Positions 1-13,160 of a stretch of DNA of 35,430 bases are shown piece by piece. Origin of the DNA: Sphaeroforma arctica JP610 (Eukaryota); assembly GCF_001186125.1 (NCBI RefSeq), contig NW_014039856.1, forward strand, positions 13,710 through 49,139, in the 5' to 3' direction. A program made the translations under genes and the position numbers. The notes under the pieces are model-generated. The model was not told the DNA's origin, ran no database searches, and worked only from the letters and a program-made list of their open reading frames with translations. Within the stretch, counting starts at the first letter, position 1. Every line of letters starts with the position of its first letter.

Positions 1-859
1 TATATATATAATATATGTATATGTGTGTATATACATTAACATACGTGTATAGCACTGCAATGAAGCATATCGCTGCTATACGTGGATGTAAGTGATCCTC
101 ATTCACTGACAAATGCCTGTTCACCCTTACAATACAGGAAAGTCACCAACAGCAACACTGATATACGACCATATGTCGCAAGATGAGTAACTGTGCTATA
201 TACGGCAATCTATGTCCACCCTGCATCAGCGAAATAAAGGTTGGCAGTCCTTGTTATACACAAAACAAAACTGGCTTAGATGTATCCCTTATTGATTAAG
301 GTCCTCAATGCTCAATAGATATGCACATGTATGGTAATATCTCATATGCTTACCAGTAGCGGTGGTATGATGGTCGCAGGTTTACTATATCGTCGGTGCA
401 AACCCTCGCTCTGGACCACCACACATATTTCAGTAATATATTTTTAAGTGAGACGCATTACAGTCACGATGTGCAGACGTGTAAAGCGGTTGTATCGGAA
501 AAGAGGGAGCTTATAATAAATATTTCAAGCCCAGACAGGGCATGTTTCTATATGAATTGGTGGGATATAGTAAGGTGTATAATAAATGGTCCCAAACCAC
601 TTATAGAATGTTTCTGAATGAGAAGGCAGCGCATTACAGCTGACTACAGGAAAAGCGTAGTGGAAGAAAGGTTGAGATAACACTTTTTAAATCGGCATCA
701 CTCGGTCCTTTAAGCTGCATAATTCTTGAAGATTGATAATTGCTTCCATGTATTTTGTACGCACAAATAAGATGTATCTTGTATAGTACCTATATCTATC
801 GACTGAACTAATCTTCAGAGATGGTCTAAGTACAATGGGAATGTTCAAACTTCTGTCAC

Positions 860-1550
860 TCTCAGCATTTAACTGGCGAGACTACGCGTGCATACCCTGT
901 TTTGTGTATACTGTACATACAAGTATACACTACATGCAATGTGAGTACATGTATATATATGCAAATATGTTATGTAGACACTGTACACAAGCGAATACAG
1001 GCTATGAGAACAGTACATATATGCAAGCATATTGACTGTACATCCATGTTATATGAAAATTTATGCAAGCATGCTATGTCGATACTGTAAATACCTGCAT
1101 ACATGTTATATAAATATCGTCCATATATGTATACATACTACGTATATTCTGTACGCACAAATGTATTATATAAAAGCTGAAAATACATGCATACAATATG
1201 CATAGCTGGAAACATATGTATACAAGCTATGCATGCATGCTACGGGTACACTGCATTCATGCCATTCAATCATATAATCCACGCAAGCTATTTGAACATA
1301 TATGTATACATGTATAAACTTATATGTATACATGTATAAACATATATGTATACATGTATAAACATATATGCAAACATGTTATTTGGACATATATTCACAT
1401 GTACAATGCATACATTGTACATTTGTGAACATATGCATACATAAATTGTATGTATATATATGTATATATGTATTATGCTATGTAAATAGCTAAAACAGTA
1501 CATGAACACTACATACATCATATAAACGCATATCAAGTGCATACTACATA
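860..1550. repeat. Low-complexity TA/CA/TG-rich microsatellite-like tract
   Basis: Degenerate tatgtatacatgtataaac-type units (e.g. 1301-1370); ORFs here are Y/I/M/C-rich artefacts. Confidence 0.85.
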
Positions 1551-1741
1551 GTATATTCTACAATAAATCGTGGTTATTGAAATGCCTGCGGTTTCAGACA
1601 ATCCAACATGCAAATCGTAGAGTACTTCATGAAGTGCTTGAAAATATCATCTGATCCGAGAGTATCTCACATTAATCATAAGTAGCCTGCACGCGAGTTC
1701 ATACGAACTTAGGGTAAGTCAGACTCACACAGTACAAATGT

Positions 1742-2775
1742 TTGCTCCCGTGCCTTGGAAAGTGTGTTCAAAAAGGTCATACCGGAGCCAAGTGTACAGC
1801 CACCACTATCTCTTGTGGCGTTTGTTCCATACTCGACCACATCGATTCTGTCTGTTCCAAACAATTAAATAAAGCAAATTTCCCTTATATTTATCCCAAA
1901 GTAGTTTCGTTTCGCACATATTCCATCCCACGCTCCAACTCTAACCTCCTCATCGACGGCGGTGCCACTGTGAACCACTTACATACTAAATTCGAACACC
2001 TTGAGAATTTAGGGCACGGCTCATTTACCCTACAGCTCGCCGAGGATAGCACACGTCAGATTACCACTCGTGACACCCTTCAACCCCTCGTATACACGTA
2101 TGTCAGCAATCAAGTAAAACAACAGCTGGTCTCTCAGAACCAGCTCCAAAATACAGGGTTTACACTCAATTTTGCTGCCGATCGACAAGCTTGCCACCTA
2201 AGCTACGGCTCTCGCCAGCTCAACCTATCTCGTGCACAAGGGGACTACCGTCTCCACTACGGCCAGCTGCTTAGCGCCGCCTCTTCCTCGGCAACCACAA
2301 GCACCCTACAACCTGCACCTACTGTACCATCGCAACCACAGGTTGATATGGTTCATCCTTCAATATGGTTCTCTTACGGTACAACCACCTCCACAAGTTA
2401 CCACGGTTCATCCCCCAACACAGAAGACCGCCCCACCCCCACATGTACCCTTCTCAAGTCCACACACTCTTCCGGCCACCCCAGCCACCTCCAACAGGGT
2501 CCAAACCTACGACGAATACCATTGCAACCTAGGCCATAAGAGTTGCACCACGACTCTGAAGATGGCCACGAAAGATAAAGTTACTCTCATCCATCCTCCA
2601 TCGCCAGGCATAAACGCTGAAGAATGGATGCTGAACAGGACCAACTTTTCTCACGACAAGGGCCATCTCGACTATACACCCACTATCGACTTCTTCGCTT
2701 CCCCGAAGGCCGCACAACTACTCCGATTTGTTAGCCCCTACGGTGGAGGTGCATTCACCGACTGCTTCAGTTTCG
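1742..2775 (+). mobile_element. Ty1/Copia-like retrotransposon remnant: two gag zinc knuckles, protease, GAG-pre-integrase motif, then N-half of a DIRS-type adenine methyltransferase
   Basis: CVQKGHTGAKC and CGVCSILDHIDSVC (CCHC-like); LLIDGGATVNH (Copia-type D-x-G-A-x-x-H protease); YHCNLGH at ~2517-2537 in the overlapping frame; then EEWMLNRTNF...PTIDFFASPKAAQLLRFVSP...TDCFSF (2619-2775). Confidence 0.7.
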
Positions 2776-3290
2776 GGCTCCGCCACTTTAGACTCCATCC
2801 GCATCAAATGGGCCCACCTCGCTCTCGACGGCAACAGTTATGACAAATGGCTGTCCCTAATTACATATCTTCCTCGGCAAGTTCCAAGTTGACATCCCAG
2901 TCGGTACTCTACTTCAAATACATCTAGAAAGAGATCTTAGCTCACCAAAAGGCTACTCCAGTGGTCTCACGCACTCCGGGTCTCGATGGGGCTCGCGTCG
3001 AGCAAGCTGATACTTTCAGAAAGAAGACTATCGCCGATGGCACTTAGCACAAGGCCCGCACACGTCCCTTGAACTGAACGAGGATCCATAGGCAATTTCC
3101 TTCTATCTCTGCAAGACATATCGACACATGTCCTTCGAGATATCCAACACCATAACTTTAGAGATCTTCCAGACCTTCAAACGCAGTGATGAGGACACGA
3201 TTCGCGTCTGGTCCAAACGGGTCGTCCTGGTCGCGCGCGAAGCTGAACTCCAACACACCACCTTCTCACCGATCTTCATCCAAAGATGAT
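2776..3290 (+). pseudogene. Decayed Copia-type gag N-terminal (UBN2-like) fragment
   Basis: Manual translation: LALDGNSYDKW (L-x-G-x-x-Y-x-x-W), then across frameshifts and stops YLCKTYRHMSFEISNTITLEIFQTFKRSDEDTIRVWSKRVVLVAREAEL, matching the helical pattern of Copia gag. Confidence 0.5.
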
Positions 3291-4496
3291 CCTATCTCTT
3301 GTAACCTTCAACTACATTCGAGACTATACAGGCAGTACTTCATACATGCAGAGCATAATAAACAAGAAAGAGAGGGAAAAAAGATTACCCCCCTGTTCAA
3401 CGCCAAACACTTCAAACGAAACAATTTGATGTCCAAAGGTGGACATAGAATAGCAGCGAACCCTGATGCATTACCATCTCTTGTATAGAGTTTCAGTGGG
3501 ATACAGACTATATAATGAATAGAATAACGAAGTTACAAGCTGTCGAAGACGGCATCGTAAATGTATTTGTATATTAAACAAAGACGAGTTGTGCGGCAAG
3601 AATATAAGATTAAGGGAGGTCTTCAAGTGCCGTGTAGAAGTCAATACTACACCTCCACGCAGCATTCCCACAAAGAATCTCTTAAGTTATAACAATGTCT
3701 TCTGCTCGAATACATATGAGCACGAAATACTTTTTGAGCTTTGTCTAAAAATATCACAGCAGAACATTACAAAGCTTGTACCTTCGAATTTAGATACAAC
3801 CGTAGAGGAACCAAAGATACAAGAAAAAGGACGAGCAAAGCTGAGTTTGCACGCGTAGATAGAAATGTTTTACATCAGCCAGTTAATGACTACCACATCT
3901 ATCTCCCAATGTAAGTGCTCTTAACACATCTGTAAAAAAGCTCACGCTTATGAAGATGGAGATTGCTCACGACACATTAGTTTTGGTAAATGTAGTTGGT
4001 TGCTATGAGAAGTTGATCACCATCACACAGAGGAAAATCTCCATTAATAGACGTGACAAGTGTGAGAAGACCAACACCCATCACACCAAGGCCTGTGACA
4101 GCAAACCAGACATTAAGTTGTTATGAAAAGGTTACTGGGTTCAATCCCTGCAGTAAAAGTATGACGACTTATTAGATTAGCGTGTAATCGTAGCTGTATA
4201 CTGCAATAAAAAGAGTATTCTTGCAGCTGATGTTGGTTCTGAAATATCGTATATATCACACCGCTTTACTTTACAGAAAGATATTAAACGTAGAACACAG
4301 ACAACTCACCTTGTGCTATCAGAGAGAGGCACTAAAGTTACAGTCGTTAAAATCTTGCACAACAACCACGTAATTTACAGTGATTAAGATGCCACAAAGT
4401 AAATACGACATAATTGTTGGAATGAGCGACCTAATTACTTAGAATCAATCAGAAGATGATTGTTTGAAACCTTATATACCTCCATCTGTAAAAGTT

Positions 4497-5253
4497 TGAC
4501 TTACCAGGCTGACTATACAGTACCAATACGGTTATGCTAAAGAAATTACGTTAAATAAGTTAAATTGCAAAAATTAGGTTCAGCTTCAGACCTTTATAAT
4601 GAGCAAATGATTAGCGGATGTAAGACTGAGACTTTTGTCTATATAGTTTCGCTCTGATCACTCACTACGTTAGTCTAAATTTATCTGATGTCAGTATGTA
4701 TTTTATTCTATTAGATGCATAAAATTTCATTTCATGCATCGAAACAATCATCCAATCGCGATTACTAATAAAATAACTCAAGTCTATCTTAAGAAAAATA
4801 AAATAAAACCTAAAGCACCAAGCTGGTGCAGTTGAATGTCTGCACCTATACCCCATCACTGGTATCTAGCTCTCCATCCCATTGAAGGCATAGACTGACA
4901 CATCTGATAGGCTGGCTAGGAGGAGTCAATATTATGTCATACTTCTCAGCGGATTAACTTGCGCTGAGCGTATTTGGCAATACAACATGTGTCATCAGCC
5001 CATCATTGATTATACCCCAATATTATGGTGGGAAACATGTCACTAAAGAAAAAAACCACCAACAAGTTTACAGTAGAGTCTCCACTCTATATTGTATACG
5101 ATTGTATTTTCAAATATCTAAAAATAATGTTTGTTTGTTTGTTTGTATTTTTCAATTATTTGTTTATTATCCATTTTACAAATACCTACAATTACGCCAT
5201 AACATGTGCTTCTACTATTAAGAACACCGTTGTTTTCAAAACGCAGCCGAGGA
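4497..5253. other. ~755-bp unrelated insertion in the PR-RT linker of copy 1
   Basis: Homology to copy 3 stops after PYIPPS (~4497) and resumes at LISDVAGKIM (~5254); these are contiguous in copy 3 (PYKPPSDTVKALIPDFANKIM). No TIR or TSD recognised. Confidence 0.7.
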
Positions 5254-6526
5254 ATTAATTTCTGACGTCGCAGGTAAGATAATGAATTTTGTGCTTCTTA
5301 ACAAAACAAAATACTAACAATGACTGGGTGAAGTGGATATGCTAGTTTTGACTTAACCAAAGTAGGCATTTCAAAGCTAAAATGTCCTTAAAGAAGCGAT
5401 GTATCCTAGAGACATGACGCTGTAGTAAAGTAACATGTAGAGAAGTGGTTATCCGATGGGCCAATTGAAACTACTATCGACAAACCCCGGTCAATATAGC
5501 ACTGACGATTCGTTCAATACGGTCAAGGTATGCTTAGACACGGAGTTCATATAAAAACTCACAGTTTCCACCTACCTCGTATTAATAGCTATTAAAAGGA
5601 TGCAATAAGCTCCAATTTTTAGCACCAAAAATATATATGAATCACAACGTAAATACTTCATCGTTACTTGGGAATAGAAGCAATTATTGATTCAAAGGAG
5701 CCCCATTCGGCTTACACTTTATACCAGCATTCTTCCAGCAGGGTTGCTAAAATGACTAATGTGCAAGTATATGTAGATGACATAGTTGTCCTTTCTAAAG
5801 CAACAAGTGAACATGCTGCCATAGTACAATAAGATTCACAGCGACTCAACGAACAAACAACTTCTCAGATACTGTATATCAGGGGAAGGCACTAAAATCG
5901 ACCCCGGTAAGGTAGAACAACTCTTAGATTGGCGTATATCAAATATTGGAAGAGATATAAATTGCATAAGTAGTTTTGTAAACTACATCATTGACGGAGT
6001 TCCAAACCTGGCAGATTATTTGAACCTTTTTTTAACACAAATGCCATAAGGGCAAACTAGGACAGTTATGGACTAAAGAATGCGATGACGCATATAAAGC
6101 ATTAAAACACACAGTCCAACAAAATCGCCTAGTATAAGGATCAGTTGATGGGGTACATTTGATATAGCCACGAACGGTGTGTTAGACTTAGCCTTAGGAG
6201 GTATTCTCTATGGGGTTATAAATAACATACCTAGGCATGTACATTTTTTTAGTTGAGTAATAAATGCTTCACAGTTGAATTGCCCAACAGTAAAGCAAAA
6301 GCTTCTAGCTATATCATCATCTATGACAAAGTTAAAGATTTTACGGTGATGTCTGATCAGAAGCCTCTTCGATATATGAAAGAGATGAAGCCAGACTCTC
6401 AATTATTTAGTAGGTGGCATGATACAATATCAAATTTCACTTTGGTATTAAACACTTACCAAGGATACACAATCATTTACTAGATATGCTATCCAGGTTT
6501 GCACCAGACTTCCAATGTTTGTAAGA

Positions 6527-6920
6527 CGGCTCTTGGTCACCGATTGAAAACATAATCTACGATGGTAGTGCTAACCCATAAGTTATTTGAACCGTATACT
6601 ATAGATATGTTTGCTGCGCATCGTAATGAGGAGTTGGAAAGATTTACTACAGACATTAAATCATTCCACAGGAGGTGCATTTCCATTTCTAATCTCCAAA
6701 CATAACGCATGGGCTAACCCACCCTGGCAAGTTATTGCCCGACTACTAAATTTTGTTCATTTATACATGGCTAAAATAGCACTGTGTCGTTTACTACGGA
6801 AATCAGATCCGTAGCTTACAAAACTGATAAGTATATTATGAAGCGAGCCTATGTATTTGAATGAAGGAGTATATCTTCCTACATCACAGTACCAGGGACA
6901 TATCGTATTATGTCGTATAG
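6527..6920 (+). pseudogene. DNA N6-adenine methyltransferase domain (DIRS/Dam-like) of family A copy 1
   Basis: IDMFAAH 6601-6621, AWANPPW with NPPW at 6716-6727; frameshifts and stops present. Confidence 0.85.
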
Positions 6921-7913
6921 AAGCCCTCTATGTACGAGGAGACTTTCTGAAGCCTTTCTTAACAAGGCCAAAGAGTCGGAGATTTCACTCTCCATTAACT
7001 TAATCGTAAATCAGTTCAAAGACAAAACATCACTTTAAGTTCGTGCACAAGGAATACAATCTACTACCGATAACGCTGTTAAGAAGCGTCAATCCTGAGC
7101 TCAACCCTTGAAATAGTAATATATATAATCAGAGCCCGAAATCTTTGGGACACGCTTCTAAAGAAACTTATGAAAAACAATACCGAAGTATATACAGATA
7201 TAATGCAACTATTAAATAAGCCGAGTGCATATACTGTTACAAGCGCACTAATAACGCTCAGACAATATTAGTGCAGGGGTCTGATGCCGTTTTAAACTTA
7301 GAGAACACGTAGGCGGACTCTTAGCACTCTGCATTTGCTCTCGAAGAGCAGCATGTCTCATGCAAAACCATAAGCTGAAGCACCAGAATGTAGCAAAAGT
7401 CTTCACAGACGCCAAGCGCAATGGAATAGCACATCCTTAGCTAGTGACTTTAATAGATAAAGTATATCAGTCATGTGCAGACTGTGATTACAATCAGATC
7501 AGGCGCAATGGATTCTCGCCGCATAAAAGTGTGATAGAAAATGTCATCATTGATTTGGCCGACCTGCTAACGTTCGAGCACACGGGCGACCGCTACGTAT
7601 GTCACTTCTCCGATGTGGCGTCACGGTTTAACCCGTTAAATTTATTAAAAAAATGAGAGTACTCTGACCGTGGCAGAATTATGTTGCCGAGTCTTTGCTG
7701 ACCACGGGTGGCCAGGTATCATAGTTCTGATAACGGTAGCGTGTTCTGTGATGACGTAATGTAAACATCTTGTATCTTAAGTTTTCCACCTGAGGAACAT
7801 TGAATATACATTATGCTACTTAAGTGTTTCGACCCAATTTCATTTCTTGCTTTTTTTTTGTGTTTAAAATTAGCTTGAGCGGTGAGCAAGTAGCGTCTCA
7901 TGAACATCAAAGC

Positions 7914-8315
7914 TGAGTGGGGGCTGTGCAATAGCCAGGCCTGCATATTAGATTCTATACATATAAACGTTGCTTTAGGTAAACTAGGTTTACCAAATGG
8001 TTTCTAAAGGTTTTATTCATAAATTCCTTTTCTATTATTCAAATTAAATATTTGGATTGCCTATTAAAAGGCCTATTAATTTCCACTGATATATATTTGA
8101 GTACTTCAGTAGCGAAATGGCTTAACTGAAAATATGTTCTTAGGGACTAGTAGCCTTGCCAAGTTTTTCCTCCGAGTAGCCAACCAGATTGCCAGTCTGA
8201 TGTAGGCAAGCCGGCGATTCCTGATGCATGGCTAGTCATCGGTTAGTGCAATGGCTAGAGACTTCAGCAGTATACTCCTTTTCAATCTTTTTCCCAAAAG
8301 ATAGGATTTTTAAAG
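7914..8315 (+). repeat. Polypurine tract and 3' LTR of family A copy 1
   Basis: agctgagtgggggc followed by TGCAATAGCCAGGCC (7927), homologous to 29106 onward (tatttggat, attaaaaggcct, aagataggatttt blocks). Right end not resolved. Confidence 0.75.
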
Positions 8316-9434
8316 TAACAACTTCGCGCGGCGAAAACAATAATAATAGTTTTGTCAAGCACGACGATGAAAACATAAATAAAATCCTTTGGCGAATTCA
8401 GTGGTAAAGAAATACACATACTTACTCTCGTATGAACCATGGTTGCAAACGTTAGCTGCAATAAATATTGGTGCGTATTGCTATTAGCAAGATATTCAAA
8501 AGTATTCAACAGCTAATTGTTCACCTGATCGCACCAAAGAAGGACTAGATTTGCATTATAATGTAGCTCTCTATACCGACGTCTGTACAAAGTGAAAGAT
8601 TGAGTCACACGTATGTGTATTTAACGATCTATATTCAGCATCATTCAGGGAATACAAGAACTTTACAACTATCAAACACAATGTAATTTTCCGAATCGGA
8701 TATTGCTCAAGGGCGCTACGGTGTATCAACAGATAGTGGAATTCATAGTAGAGGAATGAAATGTGTGGAAATAAAATACGTTTTGTAGGTGGTTTTGGAT
8801 AAGAGTTGGCACAGATAATACTCATGTGTCATTTATATGACTAAAGGTCTGTCTGATAGCTAGGAGATAAAATCTTATGTACGTATGTACTCCCAGAAAA
8901 AAAACAGAACGGGCAGTTGCCATTTTCGCAACAACGTGCCACTGATGATAAATCAATAGCTCGCGTGGGAATATATATCGAGAGGAATATGAAGGAAAAT
9001 TTGATGCTACTCGACCGTCAATTCATTGCACGATCGGGTTATATCCCCGTCGGAATTCGACTTAGCCAACCATGGGATACATATACCACAAAGCTTCGGT
9101 ATCTCTTTGTTGGCAAAGCAAGCCTAGTACTATAGATCAGGACTTAACTTACATTGTGCCAAAGGCTATTGCAACGCATATCAATGACGAACTAGATACT
9201 AGTTGGTTTGGATAGCACATAATCCTAAATCAATCTAACTCACCTATAGTGGTGAGCGGAGACAGGGCGCGTTTATATGTGTGTATGATCACACAGTAAA
9301 TCTCTACTCATCCCTGTATAGCCTACAGTCAACTTTGTAACGAGTGCTTGGCATTCATCTTCCCCTTAGTTCTCTTTTTTCGTGTGTTCTTTCCATTTGT
9401 GGATCCAGTTGATACAATTCCTATCATACGTTCT

Positions 9435-11535
9435 TGTAGCATCTAGAGGGACCAGATAATCAAAAAGACAATACAAATCCTAAATCCGCAGGATTACCAA
9501 ATACTGAATTTTGGGATTCGTATACAAATATTAAGAACAAGATTCACGAGAAAGGCTATCACCCGTCATAATCGACAGCAGCCCCATTGTTACAATCGGT
9601 CCCTTGATAGACTCGAATAGATGTACACGTACGTTTTAATTAGGCTCGATGCACACTCATCATATGCCAAACTGAAACCAATAATGGACAAATCAGCGGC
9701 AACCATCGCAAGGACACTAGGTTCAATTCCAAAAAGAACAAATAAACTAGTACATTGAAGGGTATGTACCATATCTCAAGAACCAAATTCATAAGAAGGG
9801 CTATCATCCGATAGAATCCACGGACGCCGCATTTCACGACGATAAAATTCAAGTGGGCACTACCGGTCCCTTGATAGACTCGAATAGAGGTAACACGTAC
9901 ATTCTAGTAAGGCTCGATGTACACTCATCATAAAAAAAAAGATGAGACCAGTGATGGAGAAATCAGCGGCAACCGGCGCAAGAACGCTATTTCCAATCAT
10001 GTATGAACAGGGCTTCCCACAAGACATAGAAACGGAACAGGGCACCTAGTGTCCAGAGCATACCAATCTAGTACGTAATGGGAGCCAATGAGTGATAACA
10101 CAGAGACCTCACACCCTTATTAAAAGGAAACTCGTTGAACAAAATCCAAGCAATTGGTGTTCTACATTTTCCTCTCGTTCTAGTGGATCCCAACATAAAT
10201 TTATCAAAAAGGTATAGAACACTTCGGTTCAATATGTACTTTGGACGGAGATGAGACGAAACCACCTAGTTGATTTCCAAACATCAGTAGACGCACCTGG
10301 CACAAGAGCACCATGGGAATCGCGACTGGTAAATCTAAAAGAGTCGATCATACCAAAGCTAGACACGAATGCTGCGCAATACCTAAAGAAAATGCGCTCA
10401 ACGTATCACCGAAAATACCAAAAAGAAGTACGTACACTCCCAGGAAGGGAGCAATGTAATTGTTTGTTGTCAAGGTGAAATGAATAAAATGACAGCAACA
10501 TGGCGAAACATACAAAATAGTAGGCAAGGGGGCCAACGGGTATTTTGTTTGTAACCTTCACGAATCTAAAGCCTCAGAATATCCTAACTAGGTCAGTGAT
10601 GAAATAGTCGGACTAGTAAAGAAGGCCAATGCTTCGAAGGAATTTACTCCCAACAGCCGCATACAACCAGCTGAGGACGCACAATACAGATGGGGAGCGT
10701 ATCTGGACGTATGAAACAGACATCACAGAAGTTGATGTCTTTACACATTACCGGCAACGCACCGGACGCAAGCGAAGACAACCCCAATCGACGAAATCAA
10801 CAGCAACGAGCACTGATGAACGATCAGCGAGCAACAGGAAGTGCACGCTTAACCGAGTTTTACTGATACTGAAGAGCACTCCCACTTTTCTCACCTTGAA
10901 GCATGTTCCGCCCACAATCCAGAAGGATATGTACCAAGGACTCGGTTGTAGAACCATACACTGTTGAGATGCGTTTTCTCAAGTCAAGTTGATATCAACC
11001 GAGAGCACAGGTCAAGACTGTGCGTTGTTAAGAAATTCCATCATAAAAATAGTTTAATTAGGACTATATACGTATTAGAATAGATAATAGCGGCAAGTTT
11101 TTTAATCTTAAACCCCTAAGGGACAAGTTTTTCCATATACAAAACTCCAACTTCAAAAAAGTTCAGTACTGTAATATCCTACGCAGGCACAGAAGTACAT
11201 AGTAAGGGGAGTGTAGTAACTAGAGACCAGATTAGCAAAAAGCAATACAAAACTCACAACTGTGCTATTATCAATTATTGAGTTTTGGGGTCCGAATCCG
11301 ATATTCCTGATATTAGAGTCATCAGAAATTGAGTTGGATTACCGGTAGATGATACAGGGACACCGAGAGAGAAGCACTCAAGTAGAATCAGAGTCTAGTG
11401 TAGAAACACAAATTATAAAATGGAGCCTCAATGTGAGTCCTTCAGCCTAGGACTTTTACCTAGCTGAGACAATCGTACTTAAAGAAGAGGTCTATTGTTT
11501 CCTTTGGTCGTATCTTGTCAGTTGCTCTCAAACTT
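9435..11535 (+). mobile_element. Ty3/Gypsy family B remnant: LTR start, duplicated integrase N-half, integrase core/C-terminus, PPT, 3' LTR
   Basis: TGTAGCATCTAGAGGGACCAGATAATCAAAAAG (9435) vs TGTAGTAACTAGAGACCAGATTAGCAAAAAG (11212), the latter preceded by PPT AAGGGGAG (11204-11211). Translated GPLIDSNRGNTYILVRLD, KSAA, EQGFPQDIETEQG, a frameshifted AYQSST/NGANE, NMYFGR, and chromo-like DGERIWTYETD. Confidence 0.8.
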
Positions 11536-11539
11536 AACA

Positions 11540-13160
11540 TTCTGATACTGCTCTGATATACACACAGCCCATACGATTGTAGCAAGGACTAAATCCTTTC
11601 AGTTTATCAGCGGCCAGCCCTACTGAGTACGTACAAAAGCAATTACGAACAGATAGTACTGCCTTGTCGCCTGTACCATGGGAATTACCTACAATGAGTA
11701 CATAGATCACATTTAAAAATCTCATCACACAAACCTTAATACATCACCTCTCACACACATGAGCAACACCTCCTTGTTCTTTTCATCTAGAACCTACTGG
11801 CTACGTACAAAAGGGATCACTGACAGATAGTACCACATTGTCTCCCGTACCGGGATACATCTTTACCCGTAAAATACGTAGATCCCATTTTATAGTCTTA
11901 TCGCATAGACCATAGTACATCACACCCTTCACGCTCATGGGTAGTACCTTCTTGTTCTCTTCATCTAGAACCTACTGAATACGCTTAAAAAGAATCATTG
12001 TCAGATAATACTACCTTGTCGCCCGTCACCAGGATCCTTACCTATAATGAATACACAGATCACATTTATAAATCTCATCGCATAGACAATACACCACCAT
12101 TCACGTACACGAGCAGCATCTTCTCGTTCACTTCATGTAGGCAGTTGTAGTTGTAGTATAGTTTAAATCCACACTCCCACGAGTCTATTGCTCGCGAGCT
12201 CTCTGTGTATATCCGGACGCATCGAAGTTCTGTTTGTCTGTATTCGTAATGTTAGCTAACTTGTTAATTACAGTATAATCATATGAAAGAAATTCACACT
12301 TATTAAAGTGCAAGTGCACATCTTCCTCTATCTGTATACGTGAAGCCAACAGTGCCTTGGGCGCTACTAGTAATACATAGTACCTCTTCAAACACGCCAA
12401 ATAAGTACGCTATAGGATTGTTGTCTTCGTACTCTTTTGGTATCTTGATAGAATGTTCGCGTGAATATTGTATATGTTCGAACATAATTCTACGAAGTAA
12501 AGTTAACCATTTCCTTTTCGAATTCGATACAAGCGGTCCTAAACCGATATTGTCGCTCCATACTAGTGTTCACGGAAAGGCTGTGATATCATGCATATGT
12601 CCACTTATCCAATTTCTGACTTGCTTCGTATTCATGTCAAAAATGAGAGGGGATATCTTGGTGTGTGCCTGTTCGATAGTAAGTTACAGTAATATGATCT
12701 TTTGTTCGTGTACTATCTATAGAAAAAGTATGAATTGCTCGGCGAATGTACGGTATACTTGCTGTACAAAGAATATCAATTTAGTATAAATTGGTTTATC
12801 TAGATACGCATCTATTAATGCTTGGTTACTTTTGTGCAGCATCTGTAAACCTTTCAGCACACTGGCGGGCTGGTGTGACTGCTCTAACAGGTTGCACAAT
12901 TTACGTGACTGAATCTTAGTTTTGTTTCGGTAATAAGTCTTCGTCAATAGTGCTGCTATAAGAATTACTCTATCAACCCAACTACGCACGATGCTATGCG
13001 GAATACACTTAAGCTTCGTAGCCGAATCATCCAATACAATCTGGACGGCCGTGGGTGTGCGCTATGATACTTATAATACCTTTGCAAACCCAACTTGCCA
13101 ACGGTTGTCGATCACAAGATTAACACAGCCTAGCACTGTATAGTCGGTGTCATAGGCCAT
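11540..13160 (-). pseudogene. Decayed ORF of unknown function (~530 codons) with three C-terminal ~58-aa tandem repeats
   Basis: ATG at 13160 is in frame with track ORFs 13034-12717 and 12485-12303, separated by scattered stops. The repeat units translate similarly (LDEENKxVL...GTGDxVVLSV.D.FCT). Confidence 0.5.
11619..12140. repeat. Three diverged tandem units of ~170-180 bp
   Basis: Units start cctactg...tacg at ~11619, ~11792 and ~11971 and end ttgttct.ttcatctagaa; all share cagatagtac, ttgtcgcc.gt and agatcacattt blocks. Confidence 0.9.

Larger units (their letters stand above)
3300..8315 (+). mobile_element. Ty3/Gypsy family A, copy 1 (heavily decayed): gag-PR-RT-RH-MTase-IN-PPT-3'LTR
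   Basis: Collinear homology to 25453-29545 and 29592-31341. Gag NVFCSNTY ~3697 and DKCEKTNTHHTKAC ~4055-4100; PR ILAADVGSEIS ~4215-4250; RT YVDD 5770-5781; RH to ~6510; NPPW 6716-6727; HHCC 7369-7485; DLAD ~7552; SDNGS 7726-7740; PPT 7914-7923. The left boundary is approximate. Confidence 0.9.

Noticed and set aside
138..435. Two possible terminal exons of a gene entering from the left
   Set aside because: Plausible splice sites but no recognisable protein similarity.
3140..3290. Possible tyrosine recombinase H-x-x-R (HNFR) after the MT fragment, which would make it a DIRS element
   Set aside because: That frame closes at once and lacks the other catalytic residues; the alternative frame fits Copia gag better.
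4800..5010. Minus-strand WADDT, resembling a non-LTR RT YADD motif, inside the insertion
   Set aside because: Single short motif among stops with no convincing flanking RT motifs.
11619..12140. CRISPR-like array
   Set aside because: Whole units are homologous with no unique spacers; eukaryotic context and no cas genes.
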